Positions 27,185 to 38,014 of a stretch of 64,000 nt of DNA are shown here, in pieces. The notes below the pieces were generated by a model. That model saw nothing but the letters and a program-made list of their open reading frames with translations. It did no database searches and was not told the DNA's origin. A program made the position numbers and the translations under genes. Each line of letters starts with the position of its first letter. Position 1 is the stretch's first letter. Origin of the DNA: Iphione sp. A-MEVVRFRX5 (lineage: Eukaryota); assembly GCA_976226885.1 (NCBI GenBank), contig OZ320316.1:97402001-97466000 (forward strand). Direction: 5' to 3'.

Positions 27185-28545
27185 GCACATTGTATTTAGA
27201 AGTCACGTCCTATGGATTGTTGGAAGCTGGGGGCGGAGGTTTCTAAAGGGTAGTAGGCTGGAGGGAATGGCACCATAGAGAGGCTGAGGCAGCTACAAAG
27301 GGAAGGGGTTCAGACAGATCGTCGGTCTCCACTGACAGGCCTCCTGATAAATACAAACTGATCGTCACTACGTTCTCGTCTCTTTTACAAAATCCAATAA
27401 TAACAGTCTACACACATACGCACGCACGCACGCACATACACACACACACACCATGAACCTATCCGTGGGCTGAGCCTTCCTGTTTACAGTACAGATAGTA
27501 TGTGTGTATGTGTGTATATGTGTGCAGGTCTCTGTGTAGATATGAGGTTTATTTTTTCTATCATAGTCTGTCCCTCTATTTACTGAGTCTTTACTGTGAA
27601 CTGTTCTCTATTTTGAAGGATATTAACACTGCTATGTAAACAAACCTACTTAGACCTTTCTGTCTGCAACAGCTATAACGGAGACCTGTATCATTCAAGT
27701 CCACCTCTCTTATTTGCGGGTTCTGTTGTATAATGTAGATATTGTCTATGTAGTCCAAGTCCACACAAACATGTCTTAGTCATGAGAATGTTACGCATAC
27801 AGTGTTACACTAGCTATTAAAAAGAACATTGTCCAAGAGTATTTCCAGTCAATAGAAGTCCCACCTCATGGTATTGTGGTCTTTAGAAGAGTACAGTATT
27901 TTTTTTATGAATTCACATATGTGCATGTATTAAGAACTGATGTTAAAATAGACTATGGTTGATGTATATTTTGTATGTGCGAAAGGCGTTAAAAAATATA
28001 TGATATGTAGCCCTAATTTTTCAGGCTGAGTGAGAATACATGAAGAATTTTCAGTAATGACGTGGCTGTGGTTTCCCTCTCCTCCTAATGTCCAGACTAA
28101 CAGACAGACCGACAGATAAACAGACAGACAGTCAGACTCTGTCTGTCTGTGTCTTTGCCGTGTACCTGACTGTAGGAGTCTATGAGGTCGGTTTCAGCAG
28201 GATTCTCACAATGGTACCAAAAACACCACAAGGTGGCGCCACAAGCTTAAGTCGACAACAGTGGCGCCATCTAGCACGGATTCATGTGTAAGTGTAGAAA
28301 AAGACGACAAAAGATCATGTATAAGGAAAGCAATAGTCAAAATTAAATAAATTAGAAAGCGGTAGAGGGACAGAATTAGCTGTCAATCTGTTTCTCTATT
28401 ACACATTCATACATGCACACATGAACATAGGAGCAAACGCCCAGGGTAACAGAAAGAAATTTCTTTTAAGAGGTTGATATTAAATCGTGTTCCAGACATC
28501 AGAGGTAGTACCTACAGTATACTAGTAGATGTCACTGGGACTTAC

Positions 28546-28660
28546 CTCGAAGACGCCTGGGGCCACTGGGGCGGCGAAGATCTCGGCGACAGGCAGGGCA
28601 GCCCCCATGGTAACCAGCAGGAGGGCGTACAAGCCACTGAGAATGTTGAAGAGGCTTTCT
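28546..28660 (-). CDS. OTOP: OTOP coding exon 4 (TM1: ESLFNILSGLYALLLVTMGAALPVAEIFAAPVAPGVFE)
   Basis: Acceptor gctgtcttgcag|A and donor GAG|gtaagt. 115 nt with the otopetrin TM1 pattern LS.LY..LLV.MG.A.P.AE. Confidence 0.93.
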
Positions 28661-30376
28661 CTGCAAGACAGCACCAGAATGCACGAGTTAAGGTCAGGAG
28701 TAACAGAAGGGTACAACAAGGTATTCTTAATGGTGGCTAAGGGTTGGGTACGACTGCAGGTATGGGATGCCAGTCGGGGCACACATACATATGCTCAAGT
28801 CTACTGTTAAATACGGTCTTCGGATAAAAACGAAGGAGAAGGCATGCTACCTATTGGCATGGCAAATGTCCCTGATGAGAGGATAGCACGGGAAGTACTA
28901 CGTCCGTCTTTCTTTAGCACTCTCTCTCCGTCTNNNNNNNNNNNNNNNNNNNNNNNNNNNNNNNNNNNNNNNNNNNNNNNNNNNNNNNNNNNNNNNNNNN
29001 NNNNNNNNNNNNNNNNNNNNNNNNNNNNNNNNNNNNNNNNNNNNNNNNNNNNNNNNNNNNNNNNNNNNNNNNNNNNNNNNNNNNNNNNNCTCCCTGATTG
29101 CACATGCCCTCTGTGTCCCNNNNNNNNNNNNNNNNNNNNNNNNNNNNNNNNNNNNNNNNNNNNNNNNNNNNNNNNNNNNNNNNNNNNNNNNNNNNNNNNN
29201 NNNNNNNNNNNNNNNNNNNNNNNNNNNNNNNNNNNNNNNNNNNNNNNNNNAACCGTCCGTTCTTTCCTGCTTAGGTCCATACATCTTGTTTGGCGTGAAC
29301 CAAACCGTAACTGTACACCTGTATGTACGTCTGTGAGTCCGTTCGAATGTCTATCATCTTTAATGTCTTAGTCATTTATCACATTTCGGTTCGTTTTCCA
29401 GCCTTAGCTCAGACAAGAACAAATCTTTACAGACGGTGAAAAACATTCATCTTTCTACAAAAAAACCCACTAGTTTCCCTTAACCATATGCCACCTGCCA
29501 TGTGTTTATGTCGGCCACCACCTTCTCCGAGTTCTCGTTTTTCTTAACCCTCTCATGTTTTCAAAAAAACCCAATGCCTGTGGAGCTAGTCAGCAGAGCC
29601 AGGTACTGCATCTCCCCCAAACCAGGCTTAATTTGACACTGGATTTGGATGAATTCTAGTATCAACCCGCATGCTGCATGCCGGGGTTAGTAGAGTCAGT
29701 CCTAAGTTCGCACATGGGTTCTTCCATTCCAAACATCAAGTGGTACTTTAATTTGAAAAGTACCGATTATAAATACAGTCAGGACTCCTAACACACAACT
29801 TAAGAAAATATGCGAAACTTCTCGAGTGACTTCCGACGTTTTCATGCAGTCACAATCAGTCGGGTATTGAGTCTTGACTGAAACTGGTTCTAAAGGTTGG
29901 ACACACGAATCGCTCTACCTTCGTCAGACATTTTTCGCTCAACCCTCACGTACACACCACTCAGGGCCCTTCTTCATGCACTCTTTATGGTATTCGTTAG
30001 CTCTCCCAGTCCAATTAAACCTTCGCCAGGAGAATATTAATGGCCAATTGTTACACCTGCCGAGTAATATTTTGTTGTCACTGGTAGGACACTGCCATTT
30101 TTCTCTCCACACAGCACCGACAGCTAATTCTTAACACATCATTTGTCAGACTTTTGCGTCTCACCGCCTCTCTCAGCTATCATACTATATTCATACATTA
30201 AACAATCGAACACCTCATGGCCAATTCGTTAGGAATCATTAGAGAGTTAATTCCCTCTATACTTGTACGTGGAGAACGAGAGACTGTGTGATAAACTCAC
30301 GGACAGACAGAGGAAATAACGAGTGAGGGAGACAGACTGGCACATATGAATGGATAGATATACAAGTGAACAGATG

Positions 30377-30551
30377 CAGTGTCCCCTCGGTGTAAGACCA
30401 CCTCTCTAATCAGACCACCTCCCTAATAAGACCACTTTTAAGGAACAGAACTAAACACATGTATATATAAAACCCTCTGTATTAAGACCACTCCCTATTC
30501 AGACCACTTGAGGGAAGAACCAATGGTGGTCTTATTAGCGAGGGGACACTG
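30377..30551. mobile_element. Tc1/mariner (pogo/Tigger-like) MITE, 175 bp
   Basis: TIR cagtgtcccctcggtgtaagaccacc / ggtggtcttattagcgaggggacactg with CAGT...ACTG ends. Right flank TA, left flank TG. Internal (taa/tca)gaccac subrepeats. Confidence 0.8.
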
Positions 30552-32390
30552 TATATATACTGACATTTCGATGAGCCACAAATCGACAGAGAGACCGGGG
30601 AAGGATCGAGTGAAAGATCGACAGAGATACAATGAGCCAGATGGACAAAAATTCAGATGGACTCTGTGAGGCAAAATCAAGCTGACAGAGACAGTGAGAT
30701 TGATTAATAATAATTTAACAAAAAACAGACACGAGAGACAGACGGACAGATAAAGACTGGCAGTTGGACAGAAGAACCCAAAGTCATCTGCTCCAGCAAT
30801 AACGGGTGGCATCCACCATACAGATGTACATGTAGATGTGTTCCCAAAGTAGGATATGTTCTTGTGCTCGTTAATTTCGCCATATCCACAGTAACTATAA
30901 ATATACAAAAACAAAAAAAAATATTCCTCTTATTCAGCCTTACAGAGAAAAATAAGAACTTTTGTCCAAACGTATATTTGTCTGTAGTTAACGTGCTCGA
31001 TAAACGACATAAAAAAGACATTGTACTGACAATTCAAGAACATGACTTAGCCCTGTACATGGATACGGTGATCCCTCCACAAAATACAACTGTAGAACCT
31101 GTCAATAAAGCCAAACCGAATGACTTTTTGGGAGAACAGGCAAAGCAAGTGTAAAATACTTCCACAACTGACAAATGCTAAATAACCAGCTGAATCATCA
31201 GCAATGTTCAGGACATGTCAGTCCCAGAAGGACTGCTGCATGCGTATCCACTACTGCAGCATTCGCAGCCATATGTGCATAGCTGGGCTGTGCTTGGGGC
31301 AGATTAGCCCGGCTAGGTTTAAACTAATATGGGAATACCTACAATTGTTGGCCCGGTAAGGTTACAGCCATTCGCCGCTGGGTGGAGGCGGAAGAGATTG
31401 GTGGTGCCCTCTACTGACTGGAGGTGGTGGGAGAGTGCCGGCACCCTGGAGTCGGGTGCAGGGACCCCGCTAACAAGCCATCATCTCTATCTATCCATCC
31501 ATATTGCCATTTGTCTCTTAGCATAAAAAAAGCTTTCTGCACATGTCACCGATAGTTCGTGCACAGGTCTTGGATCCATTTAAAAATGGTGAGTTTTCAC
31601 GAATAAAATATTCATTTTTACAAGGATAAAAGAAACTTGTTCAGAAGCTATCATTACGCTACATTTAACATCCTAGGAAAGGTCAATGTAAAGTTTCTCT
31701 GCATATATGTCTGCCTCTCTCTCTCTCTATCATGCCACCTTTTACAACCCTGGAAATGCGCAACACACTTCGTGCACAAAACAGGAATTCATGAAGCACA
31801 ACACAAACAATACGATACACATACACAGAAACTCACAGACAAACACGCATACACGTAAACTCTCCTAGAAGCAATATTCAGGTCAATAAGGTGAGAATCA
31901 ATTATTCAACTGATGACCCCATAAATTTGAGTTTTTCTCTCTGACATCTTGAATTATGCATACACCTCATTTCCACGTAGTTATTGACACTCCCCCCCCC
32001 CCCTTTACTGTTTCCCCGCCTCCCCACTACTGCTTGCTCGCTGACTAAGCCCTGGTATTATCGTGTTTGATTCTGAATAAAGCTATGCTTTGCATACATG
32101 CAGTTTCGAAACATTTTAATCTAGAAAATTTCAGCTTGATTGAATTTCTGCTTTAAAAATGAAAAGATTGATATATAACTTTCGCTTCTGATGCATTTCA
32201 TTTGTATTGACTTCAGGAAATTATGTCAATTAACAAAACTCGCGTGCACGTGTTTACAGAGGAGTACTGTGAATAGATCGCAAAATTGCAGAGTTAGAAC
32301 TGCAAATACAAAATTAACTACTCCGGCGAAAAAAAAAATCACTGGGCGTTGGCCGCCTCCATCTGCAGCGTTTGACGCGCCAGGGACGCC

Positions 32391-32448
32391 GAGCCACCTA
32401 GCGGGACGCCTGGGAACCCTGCCGTGTGGATGCAGCGCCCCCTACTGT
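32391..32448 (-). promoter_or_regulatory. Tandem reverse CTCF-like motifs (CCGCTAGGTGGCTC; ACAGTAGGGGGCGC)
   Basis: Plus-strand gagccacctagcgg (32391-32404) and gcgccccctactgt (32435-32448). Motif match only. Confidence 0.45.
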
Positions 32449-33902
32449 TAACGCTGTTAAACATTTTCCCGGGAACGACTTGGCACCAGATGTGGAGGTA
32501 TTTTTGCTAGGGGTTCGAAGCGTGGCGGGGAGGTTGGCTGGGTGGGGAGGGAGGGAAGGAGGAAGGGAGGGCAAGGACATGGCACTGAGTCATGTTAGGT
32601 GGTTTTGTAATAAAGAGGTTGGTCATTGTGACCTGAAAGAAAGTGGGGAGCAGAGAGACGGGGTGGGACATGAGTCAAGATGGGCTGCGANNNNNNNNNN
32701 NNNNNNNNNNNNNNNNNNNNNNNNNNNNNNNNNNNNNNNNNNNNNNNNNNNNNNNNNNNNNNNNNNNNNNNNNNNNNNNNNNNNNNNNNNNNNNNNNNNN
32801 NNNNNNNNNNNNNNNNNNNNNNNNNNNNNNNNNNNNNNNNNNNNNNNNNNNNNNNNNNNNNNNNNNNNNNNNNNNNNNNNNGAGGGCAGGAAAGACAGAA
32901 GGGAACACTGAGGCTTTGAGAGCAAGAGGTAGATAGAAAGAGAACAGAACCAGAAAGGGTGATAGAGAAAGGAGGGAAGAGAATAGAGCAAATGAGGGAG
33001 CGAGATGGAGAGAGAGCGTACAAGAGTGACAGAATTGGAAAGAGGTACACAGAGGGAGGTACGCAGGTACATAGAGGGAAAGGGCTAGTGAGAAAAATAT
33101 AACCGATAGTAATACACAAAGCAATTTATGAAACACAACAGTGTTGCAGATATAAGAAACACACTATTATAATTCAGTAGCATTCCTAAGCCCTCCTTGC
33201 CTCCTCTCTGAGGCAGGAGACAATAAACAGGGATATGGGTAGAATGAGCGAAGAGACAGAAGGGGAGAGAAGAGACAAGGAAAAAATCAGTGATAGATTA
33301 GAAGACAAAGATAACTCACTTGAGACATAGAAAGATAGGAACAGCTCACATGCATACCAACTGAGGTCTCTATAGAATATATATATGTATATATATATCT
33401 CATACACAATGATATTTATACATGTATATTTAATAGGGATGTGAAAAAGAGAACGGCGAAGTACATAGTAAATCGGGGAAAAAAAAAAAGGATCAAACCT
33501 AAAAATAAGTAAACAATAACGCGCACCATATAGAGGTACACAGACAGACCATGCAAAATGGGTTAAAAGAGATGTCATACAAAACACATCATAAAAGCAT
33601 ACTGGATGAGTCTAGGGACGATAGGAACAGTGGCATGTCAAACACCATCTACGTCCCCAGCTTCTCGCACCTTGAATCATTCAACATGGATGACCAGCCT
33701 TTATTATGGTCGGCGAGGGACGCTGGCTTTTAACAGTAGGTGGCGGCACTAGCGGCCATTAGCCAGATCGCCTAATTGGGGACGGCTTGGGTCTGTGGGG
33801 GTGCGTGGTTGTCGGAGGTGTGAACGGCGATGTACTGGCACGAAGCGGACAAAGCAGAGGCGGAACGTTACGAGGGGAAGGCACGGTAGAGCTCTGTGTG
33901 TA

Positions 33903-33975
<73 letters not shown>
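33903..33975. repeat. Compound (TG)n(AG)n microsatellite
   Basis: Direct reading of the sequence. Confidence 0.95.
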
Positions 33976-33979
<4 letters not shown>

Positions 33980-34463
33980 CAGACAGACAAACAGACGGAC
34001 GGACAGCAGAGATCACGGTGGCACGGACGTGATGAAGAAAGTATATGTTTCCAGAATGATGGGATCTCAAAGGCTTGGACAAATAACTCGAGAAAGCATC
34101 CCTCTGGAGGGCAGTTTTCATACTTGTGTGACAGTGTTTGCGTATTTTCTGCACACGTGCACTTTCCATGAGTTATTTATACTGTAGTGCTCTTTTCATG
34201 AGTTATTTGCTCTATAGTGCATTTTTTCATCACCATCTATAGACAGGAAACAACGGGAAACAACTGCAAGCAAAGCAGTGCTAAAATAAGCAAAGGGAAT
34301 CCCCGTAAGTTCCCAGGCGTCATTACGATCGGAAATAACGCAACAAAAACACATATAAACTCATAAATGCAATCATGGAACCTAGTTTTTACCCACAGTT
34401 TCTTCCAAGTTTAAGAGATGATTACAAAAGAAATCCCGGAGGAGACATGACAAGACCACTCAC

Positions 34464-34734
34464 CGGATGGAGACGCCATCTCGAGCCGCTTCCTGTTGGA
34501 CCGTCGTCACTTCCGCTTCCTCCGGGTGGGGCGTGCGCGATGGTGACTGGAGCGGGGGCATGGTCACGTGGTGGGCAGCCGCCCTGGGGCCCCCTGGCGT
34601 GGACTGTTGGTAGGAGAGGTGGTGGTGTTGGTGGTGGGACCCGCCATGGGGGAGGTGGTGGTGGTGGTGGGAGTGGTGGTAGTGGTGGTGGTCTGCGGCG
34701 CTGCTGGCGGTATCTGGGCTCTCGTTACTGATGC
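34464..34734 (-). CDS. OTOP: OTOP coding exon 3 (His-rich; GISNESPDT...DGVSIR)
   Basis: Acceptor ttttgttttacag|GC and donor CCG|gtgagt. 271 nt, open, phase 1 in and phase 2 out, joining exactly to the TM1 exon. Confidence 0.85.
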
Positions 34735-35781
34735 CTGTAAAACAAAAGAAAACAATGTGTATGGTTAAAAAAAAAGATAATATGTAAAAAACGAAGGAAT
34801 GCATGGAACTTTGGTTCGTGAAACCTATGTCCCTGGAGATTATTGGAGGGGGGGGGGGGGCGTACTTAGTATGACAAGTACCCGGTATAGGCAGACAGGG
34901 CACCTTCGGAAACAGCAAGAAACGAAAAGCAACTCTGTGATATCCATGATAACAAGAGTGAGATAGATATGTGAATGATCCAAAGAGAACAGGTATTTGA
35001 GAGCGTTATGGACAGAACGACACAGAAATCAAACGATAAATGTAGATAGAGGGGGGGGGGCGGGGGTAGACGGAAAGTTCAACAGAAAGGGAAGGCTGGG
35101 AGCGAACGGAAGATAAGGAGGACACCAGTAGGCAGATAGATAGATAATTACATAGAGAGTTATTATGAGGAAGAGAAAGAGAGAGGGGTCTGAATCTTCG
35201 AGAAGAAATCCATAAAACTTAGTTATAAGAATCCGGATATTATACATTAAGCATATCATATAAAGTTTGCATTCAAGTAATATGGAGATGATGTACAGTC
35301 AACATGATAAAAGTCCACAAAAAAAGTGCGATTAATTACTTAATAAGGTCTGATTCGGGCTTTTCGATTTTGCTATAGATACAAAATGTCCCACCTCACC
35401 CACCCATCCCCAGCTCGACCATAGCACCATAATTACCTCCATCTTACTCTGACACACATCGCCTTGAGTCAAATATGACATGACAGCACGACTAATGATT
35501 CCCCTCCCCCCACCCTACCTGTCATACTAATGAAAGGTAAACCATAGCCTGAGGGGTCGAAAACCTCCACCATCAACTCAGGTCAAATCAACCTTTTGGT
35601 TACACATTACGATCATGTAGGAGCTCGGGGGGCTATGTTCATCCGTTTATGATCATCTTCCTGCCTGAATACACAAAGAGCCCGTAAATGAGCTCTAATT
35701 GATGTTAATAAACCGTGAGATGAAAGCAGAATAGTAGGGGAGAAATGCACTGCTGAAGGCTGGACTTCTGAAGATGTCAGC

Positions 35782-35961
35782 CAATGAGCCGATCACCAGT
35801 CGTTGAAGAAACGGGTACTGCAGACATATATTTTTTTTACTAATCGTGATGACATAATAGAGCATCTACCGATCAGAATGCGTATCTTTGTGAAACTTTA
35901 ACAAAAAAAGGTAAACATATGTGCCGTTACGGTTGTTGCAGTGCTGGCGATTCGCTCATTG
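35782..35961. mobile_element. Older copy of the 26897-27060 MITE family
   Basis: ccgatcaccagtcgttgaagaaacgggtactg matches cctatcaccagtggttgaagtaacgggtattg. Interior gtgatgacataatagagcatctaccgatcagaatgc matches gtgacgtcataatgagaatcgaccaatcagattgc. Ends caatgagc / gctcattg are inverted. Confidence 0.7.
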
Positions 35962-37463
35962 ACGATTGGCTAAAGGATGAGCCACACCCTTACAATGCCA
36001 TCTTGTGCGTACAATATTGATATCTTAATAGACTTTTCTCCATTTTACATGTGCTGTTTCGTGACACTCTCGATATATGTCACGATACTATGCAATATAA
36101 ACCTCGTTGTAAGGGGGGGGGGCTTTAATAAAAAAAATTCAGCAATTCCTCAATTAAAAATGGGTTTCTTGTGAAAACCTGCTTGAAAATAAAGGATCTT
36201 ACCTCTATTAACGAATCCTCTGAGAATATAATTTCTTTATATAACAAAGTTGACTTTGTAGACTTTAACATACGTTTTAAAACAGAATCACTGAACAGGA
36301 AGATAACAAACACAGGCATACACATGTACAAAAGAAATATCTGTGCCAATAAATGACAAGTTGAAAATCACAAAATTCGTGCTGGAATAGTGTCTCTAAC
36401 GATAAAGTTTCATTGAACATGGAAGCGAAGTACACTTCTACATGTACCTGTACAACAACAGGTCCCGATGACATACTGAACATGTGCCAAGAGGCATGTA
36501 CATGACATTATGTCAATCCTGGGTGAGCCCATACTTCACTTGACATGCTTTGGCAAGGACTACCTCTAGTTGGCGTCAACGATTTTTATGTTGTGTGTGT
36601 GTGCTTTCATTATTCATGACAATTATAAAATGAAACATGATGTTCCAGAACGGCTCTTTAGATCACCATGTATGTAGGTTGTCACAAAGTGTCGTTTTTT
36701 TATAGGTCTTTGTCTAGTAGGAGCTCATGTTCCTATTAACGATGTGATACTAGGTGACAATAACAAAGTGTCATGATTTATCCATAAGATCGCTACAAAC
36801 GCGGGTAGTGCACCTGGTGCGGATGGGTTTTCAATTACTACACGATTGGATTTAACACATATCACATGATATCGAGCATATTTCGATGTACATTGTAGTT
36901 ATGATTACGTACTGACCAAAACACAAACAATTATTTCAAAATATCGACAAATATTCTTGCCCGTTATTCATAAATATGCTAAATTGTCGTCAGTTGATTT
37001 ATGCTGCCTCTGCTTGCTTATCGTTCTGTCTGTACTCTCTGGCAGTTTGTCGACCTCGAATATCAGTCTTTCGGTCTGTCTATCTTGCTGTCTGTCTCTG
37101 TCTCCCTCCCCTTTACATTACTCGTTTACGCCCTCCCAAATATATCAGGTTCTGTGTTTGTCTCCACCCCCCCTCTTCCCATGTCTCCCCATGTCTGAAA
37201 CTGCATCTGTCTCTACCCTCTCATGCTTGTATATCTCTCCCCCTCCCACTTCCTGTCTGCCTATTTTACCTTGTCCGCCTGCCTATCTGTCTGTGTCTTT
37301 GCCCGTCTTTATCTTTACTCTTTCACGCCTGTCTCTCTCGCTCATGTCTTCCTATCTACGTACATGGCTGCTGACTCTATCTATCTGCCTGCCCATCTTG
37401 ACCATAAACATACAAACCAAATAAAACGGCAATAATGGCGGTCGTTAAGGCCTGAGGCAAGCA

Positions 37464-37477
37464 CCACTAGGGGGCAT
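37464..37477 (+). promoter_or_regulatory. CTCF-like motif CCACTAGGGGGCAT
   Basis: Near-perfect match to the CTCF core CCASYAGRKGGCRS. Motif match only. Confidence 0.45.
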
Positions 37478-38000
37478 GGTTGTGACTTTGGAAAAGCAAT
37501 CACGCAACGCTCTTCCGGATGCGCACGCAGACCACGAAAGCCTCATTTGGGTGCCAGCAATTTGACCTTTTTGTAATTTTAAAACGACAGGAAATATGAC
37601 TTCCAAGACACACTGTAAGTCATGTGACATGTCACTTGACATAGATGTCTCATTCAGGTGAACCTTTTCTCAAACAACGGCCATGTACATCCCTGTCTAT
37701 CTCAATCCTTACNNNNNNNNNNNNNNNNNNNNNNNNNNNNNNNNNNNNNNNNNNNNNNNNNNNNNNNNNNNNNNNNNNNNNNNNNNNNNNNNNNNNNNNN
37801 NNNNNNNNNNNNNNNNNNNNNNNNNNNNNNNNNNNNNNNNNNNNNNNNNNNNNNNNNNNNNNNNNNNNCTCTCCATGTCCCCAAACTTGCCGGGCATCAA
37901 TCTACTCCTCCATTCATTTAGGGCAACACCAACACCGTCGTGTTATCACGTGATGCTGGCGTCTATGGCCAACAATGGCATGAACGGCCATCAATGGCCT

Positions 38001-38014
38001 GTTGCCATGGTGAC
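38001..38014. promoter_or_regulatory. RFX X-box GTTGCCATGGTGAC
   Basis: Full 14-bp match to GTYRCCATGRYRAC. Binding not demonstrated. Confidence 0.5.

Noticed and set aside
32481-32521. TGGC..AG..TGG plus GGTTCGAA (Pol III A/B boxes)
   Set aside because: Spacing is too short for a tRNA gene and there are no acceptor or T stems.
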